A DNA stretch of 61,339 nt from an uncultured Chloroflexota bacterium (GTDB lineage: Bacteria > Chloroflexota > Limnocylindria > Limnocylindrales > CSP1-4): positions 1 to 61,339 of the forward strand of contig CAIYHO010000287.1 of NCBI GenBank assembly GCA_903925955.1, written 5' to 3'. The notes under the pieces are model-generated. The model did not search any database, was not told where the DNA came from, and worked only from the letters and a program-made list of their open reading frames with translations. The position numbers and the translations under genes are program-made. The stretch's first letter is position 1. Every line of letters begins with the position of its first letter. Shown here piece after piece: positions 25,291-34,485 of the stretch.

Positions 25291-26757
25291 ATGAGCCTCA
25301 TCGGTATCGATCTCGGGACCAGCGCGATCAAGGTGGTCGCGTACTCGACCGACGGTACTGTGCTGGCGCAATCCAGCAGTACCGTGCCCGCGTACCGTCC
25401 ACAGCCTGGCCATTGGGAAGTTGACGTCAGCGAGTCTCGGGCGGCCTTCGATGCCGCCCTCTCGGCCGTTGCCGGCGACCCGGCCGTCCGGCAGGACCCA
25501 CCCGTTGCCTTGTCCTTCAGTTCATCTGGCCGCGAGGTCTTCCCGGTGGCGGAGGACGGCACTCCGCTGGGGCGCTGCCTGATGACGCCGGATGTCCGAG
25601 GCGACGACGTGGCCGCCGAGACCGCGGCTCGCCGATCACCCGAGGACTGGTTTCGCCTGACTGGTCACGTGCCACGGCGGATGGACCCAGTCAACCGGGC
25701 CCTCTGGTGGCGCAAGAGCCATCCCGAGGTGGCCGCGAAGGCGCGGTGGTTCATGAACTGGCACGAGTACTACGCTCTGCTGCTCAGCGGACGCCCGGTG
25801 GTGGACTGGAGCGACGCTGGGACTTGGGCAACCTATGACGTGGCCACGGCGGGCTGGTCCGCTGAACGCATTGCCGAGACCGGGATCGACCCGCGCTGGT
25901 TGCCGGAGATCCGACCCAACGGTGACCCGATAGGCCAGATCCTGCCGGAGGCGGCCCGGCGCTATGGCCTGCCCGCTGACATGTTGGTAGTGACCGGCGC
26001 ATACGATGCCTATGCCGCATCGGTTGGCGCTGGCGCGGTGGACTCGGGGTTTGTCGCGCTCGCCTGCGGGACCTGGAACAGCTTCAATACGCCGGTCCTG
26101 CCCGGCTGGCCCGAGGGGCTGGTCAATGACGGGATGAATGTGTTCCCGCACCCAGGTCCCACGGGCTTCGGAATCCTGGTCACGAACCCCAACGGGATGA
26201 GCGTGGTGGATTGGGCTCGCGGCCTTCTGCACCTGTCAATTGAGGACCTGGAGACGGGCCTCGCCGCAGCCGGCCCTGGTCCGGGCTACGTGTTCGCCGA
26301 TGCGGCATTCACGCCCCTACCTCACGTCGTCGCGGACGAGGGCTTCGGCTGCACCTTCTCGGGAGTGACGCTCGCGTCCACCGGCGTCGACATCGTTCGA
26401 TCGCTGCTCGAGGCTATTGCCTGCGAGTTCTCGCTGAGCCTAGACACGCTGCGATCACACGGAGTCGAACCCGTTTTGGTACGGGCGACCGGCGGTGGCT
26501 CGCGGAATGGCTGGTGGCTCCAGTTGATCGCAGACGTGTCTGGCGTCCCCGTTGAAGTGGTGGCGCAGGAACAGCCGGGGGCGTTCGGCGCTGCGATCCT
26601 CGCTGGCGTCGGAGCAGGCGTCTACCCGTCGGTCTCCGAGGCGATCGGGCGCCTTGTGCGGGTTGCGCGCCGGTTCGAGCCAGAGGCAGCGCGGGGACGC
26701 CGCTACGACGGTGTCCGCAGTCGCCTGGCCGAGCGCGGCGGGAGTGGGCGGCCATGA
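25291..26757 (+). CDS. FGGY-family carbohydrate kinase (xylulokinase-like)
   Basis: ORF 25231..26757 trimmed to ATG 25291 (MSLIGIDLGTSAIKVVAYSTDG..). C-terminal GGGSRNGWWLQLIADVSG and GAAILAGVGAG motifs. Confidence 0.85.
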   Translation: MSLIGIDLGTSAIKVVAYSTDGTVLAQSSSTVPAYRPQPGHWEVDVSESRAAFDAALSAVAGDPAVRQDPPVALSFSSSGREVFPVAEDGTPLGRCLMTPDVRGDDVAAETAARRSPEDWFRLTGHVPRRMDPVNRALWWRKSHPEVAAKARWFMNWHEYYALLLSGRPVVDWSDAGTWATYDVATAGWSAERIAETGIDPRWLPEIRPNGDPIGQILPEAARRYGLPADMLVVTGAYDAYAASVGAGAVDSGFVALACGTWNSFNTPVLPGWPEGLVNDGMNVFPHPGPTGFGILVTNPNGMSVVDWARGLLHLSIEDLETGLAAAGPGPGYVFADAAFTPLPHVVADEGFGCTFSGVTLASTGVDIVRSLLEAIACEFSLSLDTLRSHGVEPVLVRATGGGSRNGWWLQLIADVSGVPVEVVAQEQPGAFGAAILAGVGAGVYPSVSEAIGRLVRVARRFEPEAARGRRYDGVRSRLAERGGSGRP

Positions 26758-27839
26758 CCTCCACCACACCGCTGTCGGCGATGTCCGCCTCGATGGCGCT
26801 CTCCACGCCTGCCCTCGTCGTTGACCTTGACGTACTCGACGCGAACGTCGCCGCAATGGCAAGACTCCTCATCGGGACGGGCAAGACCATCCGTCCACAC
26901 ATCAAGACCCACCGGACCCCGGAACTGGCCCGCCGCCAGCTCGGCGGGGCTGCGGTGGGGCTCACGTGCGCCACCGTGGGCGAGGCGGAGGCCATGGTTC
27001 ACGCCGGCTTCACGGACGTGCTCATCGCCAACGAGGTGGTGGACCCGGCCAAGATCGCTCGCCTCGCAGCCCTGGCTCATCGCGCTGATGTCACGGTCGC
27101 CGTTGACGACCCAGAGCCGATCGGCGCCCTGTCGCGGGCGGCAATTGGCGCCGGCGTCACGGTAGGCGTACTCATCGACGTGGACATCCTGTTGCACCGG
27201 TGCGGCGTGGGATCCGCTACCGACGCCGTGGGCCTGGCGCAGGTCATCAGCCGCTCCCCAGGGCTGCACTTGCAGGGGATCATGGGCTATGAGGGGCGCG
27301 TCCGGCTGACCGAGCCACACCGCGACCAGCAGATCTCGGGTGCGTACGCGGCCCTCAGTGCGGCCGCGGCGGCCATCCGCGATGCGGGCTTCAGCGTGGA
27401 GACCGTGTCCGCCGCCGGCACGTCAACCATCGCGGAGGCACTCGCACACCCTGAGATCACGGAGATCCAGGCCGGGGTGTACGCGCTGATGGAGCCGGAG
27501 TTGCTGATCATGGACCTGCCGTTCCGGTGCGCGGTCACGTTGCGCGGCACCGTCATCAGCCGTCACCCCGGGCGGATCGTGCTGGACACCGGCCGCCGCG
27601 TCGTTGGGATGGAGTACGGCCCACCGACCCCCGTTGGGTTTGCCGTCCACGGGATCGCGATGGGCGACGAGCACGCAACGCTCACGATGGATGACCCATT
27701 GCCGGCTCTGGGCAGCCAACTGGACCTGACACCCGGCCAGGTCCGCACAACCTTCAACCTCCACGACCATGTCTGGGTCAGCCGCGGGGGCCACATCGTT
27801 GATTGCTGGCCGATCACCGCACGCGGCAGCTCGCAGTAG
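26754..27839 (+). CDS. DSD1-family fold-type III PLP enzyme (D-serine dehydratase / D-threonine aldolase-like), paralog 1
   Basis: 361 aa. The start overlaps the kinase stop (ATGA). STPALVVDLDVLDANVAAMA..IRPHIKTHRTPELARRQL (PLP lysine in HxKTH), then GYEGR and a C-terminal DEHA motif. Confidence 0.8.
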   Translation: MTSTTPLSAMSASMALSTPALVVDLDVLDANVAAMARLLIGTGKTIRPHIKTHRTPELARRQLGGAAVGLTCATVGEAEAMVHAGFTDVLIANEVVDPAKIARLAALAHRADVTVAVDDPEPIGALSRAAIGAGVTVGVLIDVDILLHRCGVGSATDAVGLAQVISRSPGLHLQGIMGYEGRVRLTEPHRDQQISGAYAALSAAAAAIRDAGFSVETVSAAGTSTIAEALAHPEITEIQAGVYALMEPELLIMDLPFRCAVTLRGTVISRHPGRIVLDTGRRVVGMEYGPPTPVGFAVHGIAMGDEHATLTMDDPLPALGSQLDLTPGQVRTTFNLHDHVWVSRGGHIVDCWPITARGSSQ

Positions 27840-27866
27840 CAACCGCCCGCACAGGAGAGCGCAATC

Positions 27867-29030
27867 ATGCTGGACCCCAAGCCGCTCATAACTGCGGCCC
27901 ACGATCGGGTGCTGGAGCTGTATCGACCGGATCTTGGGCGCCTGCGCGAGGAGCTCGCCACGCCCACCCTGCTCCTCGACTTGGCCGTGTTGCGCGCCAA
28001 TCTCGCGTTCATGGGCGACAACATGCGCGACGTGCCCACAGCCTTGCGCGCGCACGTCAAGGTCCACAAGAGCCCCCATATCGCGCGCCTCCAGATGGAG
28101 TACGGCGCGACCGGCGTAGGCTGTGCGACGGTATGGGAGGCCATCGTGATGGCCCGCGCCGGGATCGACGACGTGTTCGTCATCAACGAGGTCGTTGGTG
28201 CGGAGCGGGTCCGAGCGCTCGCACTTCTGGCTCGTGAGGCAAGCGTCAAGACAGCCGTGGACGACGTCGCGCAGGTGGACGCCCTGTCGCGGGCCGCCGT
28301 CGCCGCGGGCAGCACCATCGGGATCCTCGTGGACGTTGACGAGGGTATGCACCGGTGCGGCGTCGCATCGCCGGATGAGGCGCTCATCGTTGCCCGGCGC
28401 GCGGCCGACGCCCCTGGCCTGCAGTTCCTGGGGCTCACGGGGTACGAGGGGCACTGCTCGCTGGAGTTTGACGCGACCAAGCGGACCGCCATGGCGCGCG
28501 AGGCGATGGCCTACTTCACGGGAGTCGCCGAGCACTTGGCGGCCAACGGGCTCCCAAGCGAGATCGTGACCGCCGCCGGGACAGGGACCTGGGAGGTCAC
28601 CTCGCGCTACCCCGGGATCACCGAGATCCAGCCTGGGTCGTACGCGACGATGGACGGTCACCACCGAGGCCTAGACGCCCGCTTCGGCTGGGCGGTCACG
28701 GTGCTGGCCACGGTGATCAGCCGTCGGTCTGACCGCGTCGTCCTCGACGCTGGCAGCAAGACGGTTGGCGCGTCCCACGGCGTCCTCGCCGCTCCGCCCC
28801 TCGCGACATACCGCTTCGACGAGGAGCACTCGACCTTCCTCGCGGACAGCTCCTGCGCCCTACGAGTGGGCGACACGGTGGAGATCCGCTGCAACTACAC
28901 CCCCTTCGCGATCAGCTACTTCGAGGCGTACCACGTCATCGAAGGCGGGCGTGTGGTGGACATCTGGCCGGTCCTACCGCGCGGGCCGGAGTCGCGGTGG
29001 CTGCTCGACATGCTGGAGCGGGGCGAGTGA
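27867..29030 (+). CDS. DSD1-family fold-type III PLP enzyme, paralog 2
   Basis: 387 aa. Motifs: TPTLLLDLAVLRANLAFM, RAHVKVHKSPHIARLQMEYGATG, GYEGHCS, FDEEHSTF. Confidence 0.8.
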   Translation: MLDPKPLITAAHDRVLELYRPDLGRLREELATPTLLLDLAVLRANLAFMGDNMRDVPTALRAHVKVHKSPHIARLQMEYGATGVGCATVWEAIVMARAGIDDVFVINEVVGAERVRALALLAREASVKTAVDDVAQVDALSRAAVAAGSTIGILVDVDEGMHRCGVASPDEALIVARRAADAPGLQFLGLTGYEGHCSLEFDATKRTAMAREAMAYFTGVAEHLAANGLPSEIVTAAGTGTWEVTSRYPGITEIQPGSYATMDGHHRGLDARFGWAVTVLATVISRRSDRVVLDAGSKTVGASHGVLAAPPLATYRFDEEHSTFLADSSCALRVGDTVEIRCNYTPFAISYFEAYHVIEGGRVVDIWPVLPRGPESRWLLDMLERGE

Positions 29031-29070
29031 GGTCCGGCGCCAGTCCGGCCGCGTGAAGGAGCACCGCAAG

Positions 29071-30258
29071 ATGCGAGATCCGGCGCCGCTCATAGTCGAG
29101 GCGCACAACCGCGCGCGCGACCTGTACGGGTCCGCCATCGGGCGGAGCCGGTTCGACGTCTGCACCCCTGCCCTGGTGGTGGACCTCGGGGTACTGCGCG
29201 GCAACCTCGCGTACATGCAGAGCCGTCTGCCAGCGCTGCACGCGCGCCTGCGCGGCCACGTGAAGAACCACAAGAGCCCGCATATCGCCAGGATGCAGCT
29301 GGAGTACGGCGCGTTTGGCCTGTGCGCGGCGACCGTGTGGGAGGCCATCGTCATGGTCCGCGCGGGCGCTGACGACGTGCTGATCGCCAACCAGCTCGTT
29401 GATCCGGTCAAGCGACGGGCGGCCGCGCTGCTCGCCCGCGAGGCCAACGTCCTCGTAAACGTCGACGACGTGGGCGACGCCCAGGCGCTGTCGGCAGCAG
29501 CCGTCGCCGCAGGCTCCACTATCGGCGTGCTGCTCGAGGTGGACACCGGCATGCACCGCTCGGGCGTGGACAGCGCCGAGGAGGCGGTCAGGGTCGTCAG
29601 CGGGATTGTAAACCTGCCGGGAATACGGTTCGACGGCCTGTCCGGCTACGAGGGCCACTGCTCAATGGAGATGGACCACGAGGCCCGGCACGCCAAGCAA
29701 CAGGCGGCAATCGCCTACTTCGTGGAGGTCGCGGATCAGTTGGCCGAGGCCGGTCTGCCGTGCAGGATCCTGTCAGCGGCCGGCACCGCCACCGCGTTCT
29801 GGACGGGCTCCAACCCGCGCATTACCGAGCTCCAACTGGGCTCGTACGCGGCCATGGACGACTACCACTACCTCATGGAGCCGCGCTTCCGGAAGGCGAC
29901 CTCCGCCGTGGTCACCGTCATCAGCCGGCGCGAGGATCGGCTGGTGCTCAATCTTGGCAAAAAGACATTCGGGTCGGCCGACGTGGGCGGGATACCCGCA
30001 TACCCGCGGATCATGGGTTTCGAGGACCTGCCGCCCTATCGCTTCGACGAGGAGCACGCGACGTATGTCGTGGACGATTCGTGTCCCCTCAAGGTGGGCG
30101 ACGTCGTGGACTTCCACCTGGGCTATACGCCATTCGCAGTCAACTACTTCGACGCGTACCACGTTGTCGAAGACGGCAAGGTGGTGGACATCTGGCCGAT
30201 CATGCCCCGCGGTCCCCTCCACGGTGGACTCTTGGGCGAACTCGAACCACGGATCTGA
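29071..30258 (+). CDS. DSD1-family fold-type III PLP enzyme, paralog 3
   Basis: ORF 28765..30258 trimmed to ATG 29071 (GAAGGAG RBS). Motifs: TPALVVDLGVLRGNLAYM, RGHVKNHKSPHIARMQLEYGAFG, GYEGHCS, FDEEHATY. By eye closest to paralog 2. Confidence 0.8.
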   Translation: MRDPAPLIVEAHNRARDLYGSAIGRSRFDVCTPALVVDLGVLRGNLAYMQSRLPALHARLRGHVKNHKSPHIARMQLEYGAFGLCAATVWEAIVMVRAGADDVLIANQLVDPVKRRAAALLAREANVLVNVDDVGDAQALSAAAVAAGSTIGVLLEVDTGMHRSGVDSAEEAVRVVSGIVNLPGIRFDGLSGYEGHCSMEMDHEARHAKQQAAIAYFVEVADQLAEAGLPCRILSAAGTATAFWTGSNPRITELQLGSYAAMDDYHYLMEPRFRKATSAVVTVISRREDRLVLNLGKKTFGSADVGGIPAYPRIMGFEDLPPYRFDEEHATYVVDDSCPLKVGDVVDFHLGYTPFAVNYFDAYHVVEDGKVVDIWPIMPRGPLHGGLLGELEPRI

Positions 30259-30323
30259 TCGACCGGACGTGCGCGGCTGGCGCCACGCTTACCCCAATCC
30301 CCCATCACCAGAAGGAGAGGCTG

Positions 30324-30707
30324 ATGCGCACCGCGCGCGAGGTCGCAGAATCGTACTGGTCGGCGGAATGCCGACGGGACATCGACGCGATCATGGCCCA
30401 CTACCAGCCCAACGCCACGTACCAAGACGGGGCGGGCTTCCTTGAGGGCTACGACGCCATCCGGGGCTACTACGAGGCGTCCATCCGGGACTTTCCGGCC
30501 CTGGAGGTGACGATCCGGCGCGAATTCGCGGGGTCGCCGGACTCGTCCGCGCTCGAGGTCCACGCAGTGCTCACGGACCACACGGGCAACCGTTCCGTCA
30601 TCGAGGGCCTGATCGCCATCACCGTGCGCGACGGCAGGCTCGACCACATCCGCTGCTACGAGGACCCCCTCAGGCCCGAGCCAGCGGCAGGCCAGAAGGT
30701 CCCATGA
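30324..30707 (+). CDS. SnoaL-like / NTF2-fold small protein
   Basis: ORF 29760..30707 trimmed to ATG 30324 (GAAGGAGAGG RBS). The 127-aa sequence MRTAREVAESYWSAECRRDIDAIMAHYQPNATYQD.. is a typical SnoaL/NTF2-like opening. Confidence 0.65.
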   Translation: MRTAREVAESYWSAECRRDIDAIMAHYQPNATYQDGAGFLEGYDAIRGYYEASIRDFPALEVTIRREFAGSPDSSALEVHAVLTDHTGNRSVIEGLIAITVRDGRLDHIRCYEDPLRPEPAAGQKVP

Positions 30708-30719
30708 CGGATCGCCGCC

Positions 30720-31742
30720 TCAGCCTCCAGGGGCCAGGTCCCGCTGGATCCGGCCGGTAAGCGGGTACTCCGGGTCGTAGTAGCCGTGGGTTGACGCGCT
30801 GCCCGGCGGGACCAGGCGGTCCACAAAGGCTGCGTCATCGGCGTTGAAGCCGTGCTCGAAGGCGCCCAAGTACTCAAGCATCTGGTCTGCGGTTCTCGGT
30901 CCCACGAGCACCGACGTGATGTGTGCGTTCGCCCGCTGCCAGTTGACCGCGAAGTGCACGGGCGTCATGCCGCGCTCCCGGGCGCGCTCTGCCATCGCGG
31001 CAGCGACGACCATCGACTCGTCGCGCCACTCGCGGCCAAGGATCTCCCTGTCGGCACGCGCCGCGCGCGACCCGTGCGGTGGCGGCTCGCCGGGACGGTA
31101 CTTGCCTGTGAGCATGCCCCGTGCGATGGGGCTGTAGGGCACCACCGCAAGCCCAAAGTGCGTTGCTGCTGGGAGCAACTCCACCTCTGGCCGTCGGTTG
31201 AGCGCGTGGTAGTACGGCTGGACGACGACGGGCGGCGCCACACCGAGGCTGCGGGCGATGCCCACCGCCTCGGCCATGCGCCAACTCCAGAAGTTGGACA
31301 CACCCCAGTAGAGCGCCTTGCCCTGGTGGACTGCGTCACCCATGGCGCGGACTGACTCTTCGAGAGGGGTGATCGGGTCGTCGAGGTGAAGGTAGAAGAC
31401 GTCCACGCGGTCCGTGCCCAGACGCCGGAGACTCCGCTCGAGCGAGAGCTGGACATGCCGTCGCGCGGTCCCGATCTGGTTCGGCCCGTCTCCAGTGGGC
31501 GGACCCACCTTGGTAGCGACAACCCAGTCATCGCGGTGCGGCGCAACGAGGCGACCAACGATCTCCTCACCCTGGCCGAGCGCGTAGCTCGCGGCGGTGT
31601 CAATGAAGTTGACGCCCGCGTCATAGGCGATCCCGACGATCGCGGCGGCCTCAGACTCCGTGGTGGCCTTGCCAAACATCATCGTCCCGAGACAGAGCGG
31701 CGAGACCATGAGGCCGCTGGCGCCGAGGGGTCGGTACTCCAT
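30720..31742 (-). CDS. Aldo/keto reductase family oxidoreductase
   Basis: ORF 30720..31946 trimmed to ATG 31742 (GGAGGA RBS). MEYRPLGASGLMVSPLCLGTMMFG..AGVNFIDTAASYALGQGEEIVG. Confidence 0.9.
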   Translation of the reverse strand: MEYRPLGASGLMVSPLCLGTMMFGKATTESEAAAIVGIAYDAGVNFIDTAASYALGQGEEIVGRLVAPHRDDWVVATKVGPPTGDGPNQIGTARRHVQLSLERSLRRLGTDRVDVFYLHLDDPITPLEESVRAMGDAVHQGKALYWGVSNFWSWRMAEAVGIARSLGVAPPVVVQPYYHALNRRPEVELLPAATHFGLAVVPYSPIARGMLTGKYRPGEPPPHGSRAARADREILGREWRDESMVVAAAMAERARERGMTPVHFAVNWQRANAHITSVLVGPRTADQMLEYLGAFEHGFNADDAAFVDRLVPPGSASTHGYYDPEYPLTGRIQRDLAPGG

Positions 31743-31768
31743 GGTGGGTCCTCCAGTATGGGCGGCCG

Positions 31769-32548
31769 TCAGCCCGCGAGGCACGCCTCGAGGTCGGCGA
31801 GGGCGATGAACGGCCCGGGGTGTGCCCCGGCACGGTTCGCGAGGATGTGCGCCTCGGGTCCGCCGGGCTCGCCCAGCGAGGACACGACGAGCGCGGCCTC
31901 GGCGAAGCCCTCGGCCTCCGTGTAGCCGTTGACCGTCACGAGGCACCGCAGGCCGGCGGCGGTCGCCGCCTCGAGCCCGTTGCGGGAGTCCTCCACGACG
32001 ACCACGTCGGCCGGGTCCGCGCCGAGCCGCCTGAGCGCGAGCAGGTAGATGTCCGGCGCGGGCTTCTTCCGGGCCACGACGTCCCCCGCGAGCACCGCGT
32101 CAAACCGCGCCGCCCGCTCGTGCCCCGCGGCCATGTCCAGGATCGCCCGGACGGACGCCTCGGCCGAAGTGGACGCCACGGCGAGCCTCCAGCCGGCGTC
32201 CTGCGCCTCCGCGATCAGCCGGGAGACGCCCGGGCGCGGCGGCAGCCGTCCCGCCCGCGCCATCTCCGTGTAGATCTCGGTCTTGCGCCTGTGCCACGCG
32301 GCCACGTGCGCCGCCAGGGCGGCCGGGTCGTCGGGCAGGCCCGCGGCGCGGATGACGTCGGGCGTGAGGGCGCTGGCCATCCGCTCCTTGCCGCCCGCGA
32401 TCCTGAGGCGCTCGCCGTACTCCTCCTCGGACCACCGCAGCGGCAGCCCGAACTCGGCGAACACGGCGTTGAACGCGGGCAGGTGCCCGTACCGCTCGGT
32501 GTCCGCGAGGACCCCGTCGCAGTCGAAGACGACGGCCCTCACTGCCAT
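31769..32548 (-). CDS. HAD-superfamily phosphatase, CbbY-like
   Basis: 259 aa. VVFDCDGVLADTE (DxDG), GGKERM, KKPAPDIY, EDSRNGLEAATAAGLRCLVT. It aligns along its length with my memory of Rhodobacter CbbY. The start overlaps the aldolase stop by 10 nt. Confidence 0.8.
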   Translation of the reverse strand: MAVRAVVFDCDGVLADTERYGHLPAFNAVFAEFGLPLRWSEEEYGERLRIAGGKERMASALTPDVIRAAGLPDDPAALAAHVAAWHRRKTEIYTEMARAGRLPPRPGVSRLIAEAQDAGWRLAVASTSAEASVRAILDMAAGHERAARFDAVLAGDVVARKKPAPDIYLLALRRLGADPADVVVVEDSRNGLEAATAAGLRCLVTVNGYTEAEGFAEAALVVSSLGEPGGPEAHILANRAGAHPGPFIALADLEACLAG

Positions 32549-33393
32549 GCCCTCCCCTCCGAGCCGAACATCCGGATGTGGCGCTCCGCCATGTCCTTGA
32601 CGGCCGCGCGCTGGGCCGCGAAGACCTTTGGCGGGTCGAACTCGCCCGGGTGCGCCGTCAGGTAGTCGAACCCGGCCGAGAGGTAGGCGACCTTGAGCGC
32701 AGTGGAGATGTTGACCTTGGCGCAGCCGCGCGAGATGAGGTCCGCGAACTGGCCGGCGCTCATCCCGGTGCCGCCGTGGAGGGCGACGGGCTTGCCGGTG
32801 GCCGCCACGATGTCCGTCACGCGCCCGGCGTCGAGCCGCGGCGCGGTCCTGTAGGTGCCGTGGGCGTTGCCGATCGCCGGGGCAAAGACGTCAACGCCGG
32901 TGGCGCCCACGAAGCGGACCACGGTCTCGAGCGACTGCACGTCCTCGGCCTCGCCGCCGGTCATCTCCTCGGTCCGCTTGAAGCCCTCGATCTCGCCCTC
33001 GACCAGGGCGCCGTAGCGCCGCGCCTCCTCCACCACCTCGATGCACTGGCGCTGGTTCTCCTCGACGCTCAGCCTGGACGCGTCGAACAGCACCGAGTTC
33101 CAGCCCCTCGCGAGGCAGTCGCTGATCACCTTGCGGTCCGGGCAGTGGTCGAGGTGGAGCGCGGCGGGCACCGACGCCTTCGAGGCATAGGCGACCCACA
33201 TCGCGTACGTCGCGTCGATCCCGGTCATCTGCACGTGCTTCACCGAGGTCTGGACGATGACGGGCGCCCGCAGCTCCTCGGCCGCCGCGAGCACCGCCTC
33301 CATCGAGAGGTCGTTGATGACGTTGATGGCCGCCACCCCGTAGCGGTCGCGGAAGGCCCGGGCGAGGATCTCCTGGGTGGGCACGATGGGCAT
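32539..33393 (-). CDS. Class II fructose/tagatose-bisphosphate aldolase-family protein
   Basis: 284 aa. MPIVPTQEILARAFRDRYGVAAINVINDLSMEAVLAAAEELRAPVIVQTS, then LHLDH, GNAHG, LHGGTG. Confidence 0.85.
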   Translation of the reverse strand: MPIVPTQEILARAFRDRYGVAAINVINDLSMEAVLAAAEELRAPVIVQTSVKHVQMTGIDATYAMWVAYASKASVPAALHLDHCPDRKVISDCLARGWNSVLFDASRLSVEENQRQCIEVVEEARRYGALVEGEIEGFKRTEEMTGGEAEDVQSLETVVRFVGATGVDVFAPAIGNAHGTYRTAPRLDAGRVTDIVAATGKPVALHGGTGMSAGQFADLISRGCAKVNISTALKVAYLSAGFDYLTAHPGEFDPPKVFAAQRAAVKDMAERHIRMFGSEGRAWQ

Positions 33394-33397
33394 CGGA

Positions 33398-34396
33398 CTA
33401 CCTCCTTGCGGGTGTTGCGGCGGCGGGGGCCGGCGGCGCGCCGGCGGCGAGGTCGAGGACGGCGCGCGCGTTGGCCGGGTCGACGATCAGCACGTCGACC
33501 ACGCCGGAGCGCAGGGTGCCGAGGATCGCCATGGGCTTCTCGGGCTCGCTGGCGACCGCGACCACGAGGCCGATGCGGCGCAGCTCGTCGAGCGACAGGG
33601 CCACGAGCCGGTCGCGGTGGGCCGACTCGACCGGCCGGCCCTCGGCATTGACGTAGTTGCCCGCGAGGTCGCCGACCGCGCCCCGCTCACGCAGGCCCGC
33701 CACCTCGGCCACCGACAGGCAGCCGCTGCGGACCATCGTGGCGCCGTCGTCCGTGCCGCCGATGCCCGCGAGCGCCATGTCCGCCCGCGCCGCGAGGCCC
33801 AGCGCGTGCGCGACGGCCTCCTGGCCCACCAGCGAGTCGCGCGCCTCGCGGCTCTCGAGGTACGCCGGGGCGAACAGCGGGACGAACCGCCCCCCGCACC
33901 GCTCGGCGAGGGCGCGGGCGATCTCGCCGGGGTTGGTGGGCGCCTCCACGTGCGGCGAGCCGCCCATCGCCGGGACGAAGGTTGCCGCCACCGGGCGCCG
34001 CGGCCGGAAGTGGGGCGGCACGCGCCCCGCGCCGCGCCCGTGGCCCACCGCCACGACCATGCCGTCCGCGAGGCGCCGCTCGAGGTACTGGGCCGCGACC
34101 CGGGCGACCGCGTCGCGCTGGTCGCCGGGGTCGGCGTGCTCCGGCGCGACGATGGCCTCCGCGAGGCCGAAGGCGCTGCGCAGGTCGCGCTCGAGGTCGA
34201 GGCGGAGCCACGGCGGCGTCTGGACGCGGATCTCCACGATCCCCGCGGCGCGGGCGCGGTCCAGGAGCCGCTGGACCTTGGGCCGCGACAGGGCGAACTC
34301 CCGCGCGACCTCCTCCTGGGTCAGCTCGTCCACCCAGTACCGGTGGGCGATGCGGACCAGGAGGTCGGCGTCGTGGCGTCGCGTGTCGTCGGGCAT
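33398..34396 (-). CDS. SorC/DeoR-type sugar-binding transcriptional regulator (the family that includes LsrR)
   Basis: 332 aa. N-terminal HTH LLVRIAHRYWVDELTQEEVAREFALSRPKVQRLLDRARAAGIVEIRV, followed by a sugar-phosphate-binding domain. Confidence 0.85.
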   Translation of the reverse strand: MPDDTRRHDADLLVRIAHRYWVDELTQEEVAREFALSRPKVQRLLDRARAAGIVEIRVQTPPWLRLDLERDLRSAFGLAEAIVAPEHADPGDQRDAVARVAAQYLERRLADGMVVAVGHGRGAGRVPPHFRPRRPVAATFVPAMGGSPHVEAPTNPGEIARALAERCGGRFVPLFAPAYLESREARDSLVGQEAVAHALGLAARADMALAGIGGTDDGATMVRSGCLSVAEVAGLRERGAVGDLAGNYVNAEGRPVESAHRDRLVALSLDELRRIGLVVAVASEPEKPMAILGTLRSGVVDVLIVDPANARAVLDLAAGAPPAPAAATPARR

Positions 34397-34485
34397 GGTC
34401 GCTGGCCCCTAGTGGAGTGAGCAATTGCGCAGACATGGGCAACTGATCGGCACCAGTGTACCCCGGGTGCCTGCCGGGACCATGC

